Origin: a virus
Length of the DNA: 64,000 bases
Strand: one strand, 5' to 3'
Virus record (IMG/VR): IMGVR_UViG_3300045988_161114
Coordinates: 64,001-128,000 of that record
This document shows positions 27,995 to 37,474 of this stretch, one piece after another. The translations under genes and the position numbers were made by a program. Position 1 is the first letter of the stretch, and each line of letters begins with the position of its first letter. The notes under the pieces were generated by a model that was given only the letters and a program-made list of their open reading frames with translations, did no database searches and had not been told where the DNA came from.

Positions 27995-28669
27995 TTATTT
28001 GCTATTGTAGCTGTCAATTGCCATCCAGTTAGAAACACGTTTAGCAATGAATGACATTTGTTTTTCTAGAACAAGGTCATCAACAGACACACCACCAGCT
28101 TCACTCATAAGCTCTACACCGTAGATAACCATCTTAGATGTATGACCGTATTCATTTGTAGCAACAAGGCTGATATCAAATGCCAATACTTGGTCAGCAA
28201 GGTTAGCTTTTGTTTTTGTACGCAATGCGTTATTGATGCTTGTATTAGAAGTGAGATTATTTGCAGTGAAGTTGTAGTCAGCAGCAACTGTACCGCCTGA
28301 TCTAGTTGCAGCAGAAGCAGCAGTAGATGCATAACCATCTTGATATTTACCGCCATTGATTTGGCTATAAATACCGCCACGTTGATAGTTAGCAGACTCG
28401 TGTTTGCTCAGATAAACAGTTGTATTATCTTGTTCATCCATAGCTTCAAGCAGAGAGTCACGGTCGAATACAGTGAAGATACAAGCTCCAGAAACATAAC
28501 GTTTACCACGTGCAATTGCTTTGGCGTCAGGAGAGCCCATTGTAAATACAGGAGCCTTTTCTCTGTCTACACGGTAAGAAACCATTGACATTTCGCCGAA
28601 TACTTTGCTACCGAATACAGGTGTGATATCTACACCACCAAAGCTGTGGTATTCCTTAAATTCTGACAT
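27995..28669 (-). CDS. major tail tube protein (224 aa)
   Basis: Immediately downstream of the sheath gene. G+C-richer, biased codon usage typical of abundant virion proteins. ATG with a GGA ribosome-binding site. Confidence 0.75.
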   Translation of the reverse strand: MSEFKEYHSFGGVDITPVFGSKVFGEMSMVSYRVDREKAPVFTMGSPDAKAIARGKRYVSGACIFTVFDRDSLLEAMDEQDNTTVYLSKHESANYQRGGIYSQINGGKYQDGYASTAASAATRSGGTVAADYNFTANNLTSNTSINNALRTKTKANLADQVLAFDISLVATNEYGHTSKMVIYGVELMSEAGGVSVDDLVLEKQMSFIAKRVSNWMAIDSYNSK

Positions 28670-28688
28670 AATTTTATCCTGATTGTTA

Positions 28689-28710
28689 AGGAGAGGTGTT
28701 ACCCTCTCCT
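28689..28710 (-). promoter_or_regulatory. intercistronic stem-loop between the sheath and tube genes
   Basis: Perfect 8-bp stem AGGAGAGG/CCTCTCCT with a 6-nt loop. No U-run follows on the minus strand, so it is more likely a processing/stability element or weak attenuator than a full terminator. Confidence 0.4.
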
Positions 28711-28718
28711 ATTCTTTA

Positions 28719-30965
28719 TTAAAGATCTAAAGCTAATTTAACTGCTACGTTAACTTCACGAAGCTCAAAGGCTGGAACGATTGTTAACGCTACGTTTAAA
28801 GTACCTTTTCCGTTGATAACAGTAGGCTGGTTAACAACGTGAGAATATTTAACTACTGCATCAGCAGCAACTGCTTGGTCAAGTACAGACTCAATAGCTG
28901 TATCCAGAGCAACTTTAGTTGCTTCTGTTAGACCTTTACCAATGTAAGGAATACATACGTTACGGATACCAGTAATAACAGAGTTAATGATGATCGATGT
29001 AGAAACGTAATCATAGTCAGAGTTGATGTTGGTAGCCAATTCACCAGACACTACACGAACTACGTTATTTTTGGTTTGGAATGTAACATATCCGGCGCCA
29101 GACAGTTGGTTTAGCTTGGTTTTCTTCATTTCAAATGGCAAGCTTAGTCTTGGCAGAGGAGCATTGGTAGTAGAGTTACCAGCGTTAATTGTGGTCAGAA
29201 GACCAGCATAGATTGCAGCAGCATTTGTGATTCTTGTAGAAGTACCAGTAGATGAGCTAGCTGGAGTGATTACAAGTTGTGGAACAACAGACAGGTATTT
29301 ACCAATATCAATGTTTGCACCATTGCTGTCTACTTGAACAACACCATCTACGAAACCAGAAGAGGTTTTGTAATAACCTTGTGCCTGGTCAGCACGTTCA
29401 ACCATATGGCGAACACCTAACAGACCAGTACCGTTAGTGATAATGTTACCAGCAGCATCATAGGTAGGAGCAGAACCAACCCATTTGTTTACTGCGAATG
29501 TAGAGGTTGTTTGAGGAACAGATGTGCCGATTGTTACAAGGGTAAATTGTTCGTTTTCAGAGATGTTGTATGCAAATTCTGCAAGCAGGTGTGCAAAGTC
29601 AGCTTCATGATAACGTCTGTAAACGATAGGTTGTCCGTTACCGTTTATGTCAGCTTCTGTAGAGTTCAGAGTAGTGCCGCTACCTTTACGATATACAACT
29701 TTAGATGTAGACCATTCAAATTTGTACTCACCATCTTCTTCTGATACATATACATATTCCAGTCTGTCTTTAGCGGTAGAACCAGATGCAATGTTTGGAG
29801 CATCTACGATAGCGTAGTCTGTAACAACAGACATAGCATTTACTGTTTCAAGGTCTTTCAGACCAGCATATAGAATCTCGTAGTATTCTTTCCAAGTACA
29901 GTTCAGGCTGTCTTTACCTTCTTTAAATGTCCCAGGAACTGAAGAACCAGTTTTAGCAATGGTGTAATCAACAGCGATTGCTTCTTGATCGCCTGGGGCA
30001 GTTTGAAGTGTAAGAGCTTTGCTCAGGTTGTCATCGCTTGCTTCTACAGTAGCTTCTGATGTTTTATCTACACCGGCAACTACAACACGGTCGATTGTAA
30101 CTTGGCTGTTAGCATGAGTGCCAGCAAGAACAAATTTAGTTTTAGCGCCGTCGCCACTGAATACAGCTGCACCGGCCTCATTGCCAGTAGCAATGTAATC
30201 ATAAGTAATATTTACTTTGGCACGTGCATCTTGTGCAGAATTGAATTTAATTTTCCAGTAGTTATTCAGAGCGTCTTTGCTCAGGGTATAGTCAGAGCCA
30301 GATGCTTTTTCTGCGTCATTGACTTTAACAACTACGTTTGTAACGTTGTCAGTTTTTGTTGTACCAACAAGTCTAAATTCTGTATTAACACCGTTACTGA
30401 TGTGGTTTGATTCACCTTTTTTGGTTACAGGAATAATATTAGACATCAGGACTGGTTCTGTAGGAGTACCGATTACAACACCAGTAGTTTCATCAAAACC
30501 AGTAACTGTTACTTGGTTAAGGTCAACCTCAGAACCAGGAACGTTAGAGTAAACGATGTTTTTACCTTTAAATACGATTAGGCATGATTTACCGTCATTG
30601 CTAGGACGAGGACCGCAGTAGATACGGAAGCTATCACCAGCTGCAACAGATTCTTCAACTGTAGCAAGTTGTGAACCTTCACCCCAAAGTCCATTTAATG
30701 ATGCTGGAGATCCACCAATACGGTATAGTGATACTTCTGTTGCACCACCTAGACGAGCTTCAGACATCTTTCTGATCAGAGGAGATTCTGGGCCAAATGT
30801 ATTAGCAGCTTTGTTGGTATCACCAACATTATATATTCTTCCAGAGGTACCCATTTCAGCACGACCGATAATTAAGACGCGGTTAGCATCAGATGTAGAG
30901 TCTACTCTTAAATTACCGTCTAAAAGCTCCAGATTTACGCCTGGCAGATTTTCATATGTAGCCAT
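28719..30965 (-). CDS. tail sheath protein (748 aa)
   Basis: The N-terminus (MATYENLPGVNLELLDG...RVLIIGRAEMG...ANTFGPESPL) and C-terminus (GYVTFQTKNNVVRVVSGELAT...VPAFELREVNVAVKL) follow the conserved sheath pattern. Also supported by size, strong ribosome-binding site (GGAG) and biased codon usage. Confidence 0.85.
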   Translation of the reverse strand: MATYENLPGVNLELLDGNLRVDSTSDANRVLIIGRAEMGTSGRIYNVGDTNKAANTFGPESPLIRKMSEARLGGATEVSLYRIGGSPASLNGLWGEGSQLATVEESVAAGDSFRIYCGPRPSNDGKSCLIVFKGKNIVYSNVPGSEVDLNQVTVTGFDETTGVVIGTPTEPVLMSNIIPVTKKGESNHISNGVNTEFRLVGTTKTDNVTNVVVKVNDAEKASGSDYTLSKDALNNYWKIKFNSAQDARAKVNITYDYIATGNEAGAAVFSGDGAKTKFVLAGTHANSQVTIDRVVVAGVDKTSEATVEASDDNLSKALTLQTAPGDQEAIAVDYTIAKTGSSVPGTFKEGKDSLNCTWKEYYEILYAGLKDLETVNAMSVVTDYAIVDAPNIASGSTAKDRLEYVYVSEEDGEYKFEWSTSKVVYRKGSGTTLNSTEADINGNGQPIVYRRYHEADFAHLLAEFAYNISENEQFTLVTIGTSVPQTTSTFAVNKWVGSAPTYDAAGNIITNGTGLLGVRHMVERADQAQGYYKTSSGFVDGVVQVDSNGANIDIGKYLSVVPQLVITPASSSTGTSTRITNAAAIYAGLLTTINAGNSTTNAPLPRLSLPFEMKKTKLNQLSGAGYVTFQTKNNVVRVVSGELATNINSDYDYVSTSIIINSVITGIRNVCIPYIGKGLTEATKVALDTAIESVLDQAVAADAVVKYSHVVNQPTVINGKGTLNVALTIVPAFELREVNVAVKLALDL

Positions 30966-30980
30966 AAATATTATGCTCCA

Positions 30981-31739
30981 TTAATTTTTATTTATTCTTT
31001 GTTGTAGTTCTTCGAGCTCTTCGTTTAATAAAGAGTCAACTATTTGCAATGAAGTATCAATAGATACTATATTTCCACGTCGTTTATATCCAGGTTCCTC
31101 AGTTATTACTTTGTAAACCAAGGGTATTCCGAATAATCTTTTTGAACCAAAATCCGATGATAGTATTGTTTGACTTCTACCTTCATAATACAAGCCGCCA
31201 ACATGCATTCTTAACAAATGATAATTATCAACAAAAAAGTTTTCTAATGATGTTGCAAGTCTTCTTGCATCATCTGCTTTTTCTGACCATACTGTAAACT
31301 TTAATATATTTTCATATATAAATTCTTTAAACTCATATGTATCGCCATCTGACATTTTCTTTTCAAATAATGTCCTTGCTTTATTCCATTTAGTGGAGTT
31401 TGTTGATACAGCAGTTGCTTTTAATGTAGCTGGAGCGCGTCCCCATATTTCAAATGTTACATTATTATGAGTATTTGTTACATCACCGTAATCTGGATAA
31501 ATTTCTGTAAATGAAAATTTATTCCTATCTTTTGGACCAATCCCCTTTTGGGGATCTTCTAAAATCATCTCATTATTTCTTAGTAAAGAATACAGGAATA
31601 CTATGAATTTGTCAATCGTCAATTTCCTATAATTCTTTAAAACTTCGTCTGGGCTAGTAACAACAAAACTGTTATCAACAGACATTTTATGAAGACGATC
31701 TAGTGCGTAATCGTTATCGTTATTTATTCGCATTGTCAT
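30981..31739 (-). CDS. hypothetical neck / tail-completion protein (252 aa)
   Basis: ATG start. Lies directly upstream of the sheath gene. The call is by position only. Confidence 0.45.
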   Translation of the reverse strand: MTMRINNDNDYALDRLHKMSVDNSFVVTSPDEVLKNYRKLTIDKFIVFLYSLLRNNEMILEDPQKGIGPKDRNKFSFTEIYPDYGDVTNTHNNVTFEIWGRAPATLKATAVSTNSTKWNKARTLFEKKMSDGDTYEFKEFIYENILKFTVWSEKADDARRLATSLENFFVDNYHLLRMHVGGLYYEGRSQTILSSDFGSKRLFGIPLVYKVITEEPGYKRRGNIVSIDTSLQIVDSLLNEELEELQQRINKN

Positions 31740-32257
31740 ACTTCTGATAGCCCCAAAACTGTAAAATCTTCTCTATCAAAGTCGAAACCATATCTATATA
31801 CGGATGTTATATAATACACCTTTTTCGGCCTTATTGGAAGTATTACTTTTCCGCTGTCATCTACCTCTGGGCGATATATAATATCTCTATCAGAAAAGTC
31901 CAACGAGTATGATGTAGCCATTAACCATTCGGAGTTATTAAGCCTACCAGCTTTACCACCATAAGACTTGTATGAGTTTTCTCCTGGCATCAATGTATTT
32001 CTAGGCATCCACATATGTCCCTTAAGCAATACATCGTCCCAAAGATATCCTATTCCATCACAATGAGGGCAGTCTGATCTACCCTCATTTGATATATTAT
32101 TCCAGCATGAGCATTTTTCTTTAGAACCATCCTTCATCCTGACTTTTCTATAGATATACGTCTCGCCCTTTTTGACAAACTCTCCACCAGAAAATAGCAT
32201 TTGGAATTCATGTCTTAGGTCAATTTCTTGTATAAAGGGGCTCTGATTCGTTGCCAT
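31736..32257 (-). CDS. hypothetical neck protein with a DnaJ-type zinc finger (CSC...CPHCDGIG)
   Basis: The ORF-track start at 32311 is GTG and would overlap the upstream gene by 92 nt. The in-frame ATG at 32257 (MATNQSPF...) is preferred, and ATG 32200 is also possible. Has the motif C-x-C-x14-C-x-x-C-x-G-x-G. Confidence 0.5.
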   Translation of the reverse strand: MATNQSPFIQEIDLRHEFQMLFSGGEFVKKGETYIYRKVRMKDGSKEKCSCWNNISNEGRSDCPHCDGIGYLWDDVLLKGHMWMPRNTLMPGENSYKSYGGKAGRLNNSEWLMATSYSLDFSDRDIIYRPEVDDSGKVILPIRPKKVYYITSVYRYGFDFDREDFTVLGLSEV

Positions 32258-32891
32258 ATCCGTATCCAGTCTTATATAATTTACCGTCAGATTCCAATAA
32301 TTTATTTGCACCTATAGGCATTTTACTTAAAAATTTAGGACTATGCCACAATCTATTACTAGATTTGTTACCACAGTTATTTTCACCTTTAACGAATCCC
32401 ATAGCTTTGACTCTAGACATATCATCTATTGCAGATAATATAGAATCGGCACATTCTTTTGCTTCATCACCTATCTTGGAGTTATTATTGCCGGAGTTAG
32501 AGGATTTTGTTCTTTCTACAGTAAAGTCTCCAAGAATCTTTTTAACAGACTCATTCTTAGAAGATGTACCGTATAGTAGATTTGCTACATCAGATACTAT
32601 TGCACATATTACATAATCTCTACATATGGCATATATTTCTTCATCTGTCAGTTTAAGTCTTTTTCTTTTTATGTAATTACTTATCCAAACAGATTTTCTA
32701 AATATCATTTCATTTAAGCGGATTATAAAATCCTCAGAAAATGATACTTCGCTAGGGAAAGATAGCTCTATATCTCTTATTGATGCAAAAAATGGATTAA
32801 GATCAAAGTCAAAAATTACATTTGTAAGGGTAGCTTTTGTATCATCTTTAAACCCTATAGATATAGAATTTATAATCATTCTATTATTCAT
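32220..32891 (-). CDS. hypothetical virion protein (223 aa)
   Basis: ATG overlapping the upstream stop (ATGA). No motif recognised. Confidence 0.55.
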   Translation of the reverse strand: MNNRMIINSISIGFKDDTKATLTNVIFDFDLNPFFASIRDIELSFPSEVSFSEDFIIRLNEMIFRKSVWISNYIKRKRLKLTDEEIYAICRDYVICAIVSDVANLLYGTSSKNESVKKILGDFTVERTKSSNSGNNNSKIGDEAKECADSILSAIDDMSRVKAMGFVKGENNCGNKSSNRLWHSPKFLSKMPIGANKLLESDGKLYKTGYGYGNESEPLYTRN

Positions 32892-34228
32892 TCATCTTCC
32901 TCATATATTATTGTAACGTAAACTTTCCCACTTTTTACCATTAATGAATAGCTATCTACATCTACATATACCAAACTGTTAGAGTAAGTCTTGAAATCTG
33001 ACATATTCAACTTAACAGTCGTTCTTGGAAGATTATATACATTATATAGCTGATCTTCTATACCTTCTTTTATTGTATTTTTAAATTCCTCAAACTCGCT
33101 ATCAGAATATGAATCTTTTTTCTTTATGCCAGAATAGTATATCATCTTGCTTAAAACAGGTTCGGATCTTAATTTAAATTTTGACCCATTCATATGTTTT
33201 ATGGAGTCGAGATAGTAATAGTAATTGCTTCGAGTATTTGATTCGTATGTAGACTTATCGTTTGTATAATTTCTAATGTACCCTCTTCTTGGCATAGCGG
33301 GAACAAGGTCTCTACTCAAATCAAGTTTTCTTGTTGAAAATATTCCAAATGTACCACTATCACCACCATCAGTTCTTAATCCTGCAAGAAGACAGTGTTT
33401 CGCATCACCTTTATATTTATAATCTAAACCCCAAAAAGTCTTATTACTTATGGTATAAATTTTTCTTCCAGTAGATGTCCCTAATAAATATTTCTCGAAG
33501 ATTGTGCCTGCAAGATTATAGTCGTCATGTATATGCACATTGCTATCAGGGTTATATGTATATTCTGGACCCTTTATAAAAAACGCTTCTCTACCTGCCT
33601 CTTGTATTTTTTTATTTTCTAATTCTAATAATTTTTCTGCAGGAATGTCATCAGAATATGTTTCATATAATTTTATATACTCGTCTACATAATCATGCCT
33701 AAATGTTTTAGGTAGCAAGTCTTTTATATTGGAAGTCTCTGCATTGACATAATCTAAAGATGCAAATAATGTCTTTGTATTTATTTTTCCGTATAGATAT
33801 AAGGAATTTTCATTTGCAACTATATCTGCATACACCTCGATATCATTATAATATCCGAAATGCATCCAAATTTCGCCAATTCTAATTTCACTACTAGGGA
33901 TATCCAGCTGGTCGCATACAAATTGTAGATGCTTGTCTTTTGTCCACCCTTTAATATCAAAGTCTGATAGTATAGTAGTTCTTTTACTATATATTTTTCC
34001 TGATGGTGGGGCGTACATAAGCATAGTTGGTAAAACAGATCTCAATACAGATATCGTAAACTCCTCATTATCATATGAATATCTGACATTAATTTTACCA
34101 TATTCTAATGATTCATCCGGATTACTACTTATTATTTTTATATCTGACGCAGGTATACCCTTTAAAGATGCAATAGAGTATTTTAAATAATCTTTTGTAT
34201 CTATATCCCTACTTATATATTCTTCCAT
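32888..34228 (-). CDS. hypothetical virion protein (446 aa)
   Basis: ATG start in an operon-packed position. No motif recognised. Confidence 0.55.
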   Translation of the reverse strand: MEEYISRDIDTKDYLKYSIASLKGIPASDIKIISSNPDESLEYGKINVRYSYDNEEFTISVLRSVLPTMLMYAPPSGKIYSKRTTILSDFDIKGWTKDKHLQFVCDQLDIPSSEIRIGEIWMHFGYYNDIEVYADIVANENSLYLYGKINTKTLFASLDYVNAETSNIKDLLPKTFRHDYVDEYIKLYETYSDDIPAEKLLELENKKIQEAGREAFFIKGPEYTYNPDSNVHIHDDYNLAGTIFEKYLLGTSTGRKIYTISNKTFWGLDYKYKGDAKHCLLAGLRTDGGDSGTFGIFSTRKLDLSRDLVPAMPRRGYIRNYTNDKSTYESNTRSNYYYYLDSIKHMNGSKFKLRSEPVLSKMIYYSGIKKKDSYSDSEFEEFKNTIKEGIEDQLYNVYNLPRTTVKLNMSDFKTYSNSLVYVDVDSYSLMVKSGKVYVTIIYEEDE

Positions 34229-34231
34229 ATT

Positions 34232-36166
34232 TTACCCTTTTAAGTAGTAGTAATAATCCATTACTCCATCTTTATCTGCAGTTAGTTCTTGAAATCTGCC
34301 TGTATTACCCGACTCTTTATCCAAACTATCTTTAAATTTTTGCCTAGTAAGATATCTTATATCAGCACTTATTACGGGAGATCCTCCAAATTTTGGAGTT
34401 ATGCGCTTATAAACCTCTATATCTTGGTCCCCACCTCTTTCGCAGGACGCAGAGCTGTTTATACTATAAAAGATCTTATCAAAATTGGAATTTACAGTTC
34501 TTTCCCAATCTATATTAATCTTGTCGTAAGGTAATCCATATCTATTGAATATTTCCCTTTTTATCAGTTCCTTCTCCTCTTTTATTTGGTCAGCAGAAGG
34601 GGTTGTACCTGATGTAATTTTTGCAAAATATATCGGCTTTATTGGATTTCCATATACATACATTTTACCATAATTTGAATGCGAATAATATGTTTTACTT
34701 GATTCGTCAAAAATGAAGTTACTTCCAGAATTTGACTCTTCTTGCAATATTTTTGCAGTTCCGTATGCTCTTTCTTTTTGTCTTCCTTCGTTATCAATGT
34801 ACTCCTCTCTTCTTTCAGGTTTAAAAACCTGGCCATATTTTATATTGAATAGGCCGCCATCAGTAAGACCAACTGTTACATAATCGTCAAAAAGAGTTGG
34901 AAGGTATCTTCTTGATTTTTTAAAATACTCATCTATTTCCTTTTTCTGGCTCTCATTAAATTTAGGAGGTTCATAGTCTGGTGGAGGAGGTGGGTCATAC
35001 GGACTCCTGTTTGGATTTATATACGATAAATCATCTTCACTTATAAAGCTTGGCGGAGGAACTCTATAATCTGTAGGGAATATAAAATAACCTTCCCCCT
35101 CTATATTTGAAATATAATATTCCTTGCCATCATCGCCATTAAATATATTGGCGCCCTCATAATTCAAGTCTGAATATCCATGAACATATTTTACAGATTC
35201 AGATGTTCCGTCAACAAATTTGACCCTTTGTATGTGTAATCCAGGATCAAATTGTTTTATTTTATAGTAACCATTCCTATCTGTGATATCTTTATTTTTA
35301 TTTTCAACCCATACCTTAGAGAAACCATTTTCAAGTTGTTTGAATTCCGTTATTTCATACTTGTTATTAACAGAATCTTGTATCTCACCAGTATGATATG
35401 CATCAATCATGAAGCCTATGAGTTCGTCATCTGTATTTCCGAACTCATAATTTGTAGAGTCGAAATCTGTTATATTCCCTTTTGGGAAGAATAATGGATT
35501 ATTTGCGTGTCTATGTCCATCTGCTACATGAGTGCTTTTATCTATAACTATATCTCTATCATTTTTAACAGTAATTACTACTTCAGTTGAAAAATCAAAT
35601 GGTGAACCCAATTTCTTTTCAAAATTTTCATCATTAATTGTGTATATAGGAGGAATATACCATGATTTAACAGTAAACTTGTCTTTGATGGTTTTAGCAT
35701 TGTCGTTAACTGCTTTAAATGTTACAGATGTATTGCCTTCATACTTATTACTGTAGTCTATAGATTCAACTACTATTTCATCACTAGGGATATTAACTCT
35801 ATCCGCGACCTGTTGTTTTAATTTGGTATTAATGGATTTATCATTGAATGCTGTACTGAAGTCTCCATTATCTCCATCCATGTAATTCAAAACCCAGTCG
35901 TTTTGAGACTCGCCCTCGACAGCACCCACTTCTGTTAGTGATACCCTATTATAATAGGCGACCACTCTATTTGTGTGGCCGCCTTTAGTAATCTCAACAT
36001 CAACAGCGGTATTTCTGTCTTTTTCAGAAACCTCTCTAATAGTAGATTCATCGATTCTTATATCTCCCTTTTGGAGGCCAGTTGTATCAACTATAAGCTC
36101 TAACAGATTTTCGATACCTGTTACTTTCTTATCAATTAAAATATCGCCGTTTGGTGCCTTAATCAT
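34232..36166 (-). CDS. hypothetical virion protein (644 aa)
   Basis: ATG start. Contains a proline tract (PYDPPPPPDYEPP). No motif recognised. Confidence 0.55.
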   Translation of the reverse strand: MIKAPNGDILIDKKVTGIENLLELIVDTTGLQKGDIRIDESTIREVSEKDRNTAVDVEITKGGHTNRVVAYYNRVSLTEVGAVEGESQNDWVLNYMDGDNGDFSTAFNDKSINTKLKQQVADRVNIPSDEIVVESIDYSNKYEGNTSVTFKAVNDNAKTIKDKFTVKSWYIPPIYTINDENFEKKLGSPFDFSTEVVITVKNDRDIVIDKSTHVADGHRHANNPLFFPKGNITDFDSTNYEFGNTDDELIGFMIDAYHTGEIQDSVNNKYEITEFKQLENGFSKVWVENKNKDITDRNGYYKIKQFDPGLHIQRVKFVDGTSESVKYVHGYSDLNYEGANIFNGDDGKEYYISNIEGEGYFIFPTDYRVPPPSFISEDDLSYINPNRSPYDPPPPPDYEPPKFNESQKKEIDEYFKKSRRYLPTLFDDYVTVGLTDGGLFNIKYGQVFKPERREEYIDNEGRQKERAYGTAKILQEESNSGSNFIFDESSKTYYSHSNYGKMYVYGNPIKPIYFAKITSGTTPSADQIKEEKELIKREIFNRYGLPYDKINIDWERTVNSNFDKIFYSINSSASCERGGDQDIEVYKRITPKFGGSPVISADIRYLTRQKFKDSLDKESGNTGRFQELTADKDGVMDYYYYLKG

Positions 36167-36175
36167 TTTATCACT

Positions 36176-37474
36176 CTAATTTTCTTCTTGTGCTGGAACT
36201 TCTTCGTCACGTTTCGGTTTCCTTGCTCTCTCGATTATATCTATGAGTTTTTTCTCATTTAGATATCCAGAAGGAATACGTCTAAATCCATTAGCTATAA
36301 ATTCTAATTCTTGAGCTGTATCTTCGTATATCTTATTAACATTGTGTCTAATAGTAATATTAGGAATATAACAAGATACTTTACCAGATTTAATTTTAAT
36401 AACTCTATTAAGACAGCATTCACCGTTATTTCTGATTTTAATATTCCATAATTGAGAATCAGATGGAACAATAGAAGATTTACCTATATGTATAGATTCG
36501 TCTCTTATATCTATGCGCTTGTATAATAAGTTGGCAAATATATTATGGTCATATACATTATCTGATACAAATATATTGCCCGACTCAATTCTTCTTGTAT
36601 CAACTTTCTCGGTATTGTATCTATATATAGATAAAGAAATATATGGTATTAAATCTGATATATCTACATTTACTCTTGATAGTATATTTGATATGTTTAT
36701 TACATATTTTGAATTTTCTATAGCTATCGGTGCGGTGGTAGAATCTGTAGTGAAGCAGTAATTAATAAATAGCGGCGGCATATTTAAGAATACACGTATT
36801 TTATCTTTTGATGTATCCAATTTTAATATGCTCGGATCTATTATTATTTTACCTCCAGATGCATCAACAGTATAACCCTCATTTATATTTAACAGATAAG
36901 AGTCATCGTTTCTATATTCGCTTACGAATTTATATTTAGCATCTTTTACATGTGTAGAGTTATAACTACCTATATATTTGAATTCAGACTTTTTAGTCTT
37001 CTGATAACTGTAATAATCATAATATTTGAAGCGATATACTTTACCATTTACATTATTATTTTTGTATCCTGATTTAAGTTTTACTGTACGTTTGACATAT
37101 CCTAGCTTAACTTTAAATAGGCTTCTAAATGTTAAAGTATGTCCTCTTTTGCTTGCAACACTGAAGTTATATCTAGATTTATATCTTATTCTTCTTTCTG
37201 TTAAAGAATAAGAAGTATATTCTGACAAGAATGACATCGTACGCAAGTTGCGTTTTTTATTTATATAATATATGTCACTAAACTTATATACAGTTTCGCT
37301 AAGCTTTATTCTATACTGTGTTTTAAATATTTTTTCTTTTACAGTATTGGTTTTATTGTTGTATGAGCTCCTAAAGGTTCTAACTCTGTAATTATCAAAA
37401 ACAACCTTTAAATTAAGCGAAAGAGACGGGTACCTTAGTGAACTTTTTTCATTATTCTCAAGCTTCAAATACAT
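36176..37474 (-). CDS. hypothetical protein with a highly basic Tyr/Lys/Arg-rich repeat N-terminal half (432 aa)
   Basis: ATG start with a 17-nt overlap on the upstream gene. About 9 degenerate repeats of the form (basic)-x-(F/Y/L)-(basic)-x-S-x-Y lie in aa 28-190. Confidence 0.55.
   Translation of the reverse strand: MYLKLENNEKSSLRYPSLSLNLKVVFDNYRVRTFRSSYNNKTNTVKEKIFKTQYRIKLSETVYKFSDIYYINKKRNLRTMSFLSEYTSYSLTERRIRYKSRYNFSVASKRGHTLTFRSLFKVKLGYVKRTVKLKSGYKNNNVNGKVYRFKYYDYYSYQKTKKSEFKYIGSYNSTHVKDAKYKFVSEYRNDDSYLLNINEGYTVDASGGKIIIDPSILKLDTSKDKIRVFLNMPPLFINYCFTTDSTTAPIAIENSKYVINISNILSRVNVDISDLIPYISLSIYRYNTEKVDTRRIESGNIFVSDNVYDHNIFANLLYKRIDIRDESIHIGKSSIVPSDSQLWNIKIRNNGECCLNRVIKIKSGKVSCYIPNITIRHNVNKIYEDTAQELEFIANGFRRIPSGYLNEKKLIDIIERARKPKRDEEVPAQEEN

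Noticed and set aside
28114-28380. Same-strand alternative-frame ORFs nested in real genes (28114-28380, 12433-12618, 34639-34836, 43138-43326)
   Set aside because: They lie entirely within well-supported genes (tube, M23/SLT giant, 644-aa protein, MCP) in another frame. They lack ribosome-binding sites and have implausible composition.
28689-28710. Sheath-tube intercistronic hairpin as a true terminator
   Set aside because: No U-run follows on the coding (minus) strand, and the tube gene must be co-expressed. It is kept only as a possible stability or attenuation element.
32954-32970. 15-nt identity TCTACATCTACATAT shared with 56594-56610
   Set aside because: Both encode YVDVD on the minus strand with the genome's preferred codons. 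This is a coincidence of codon usage, not a repeat element.
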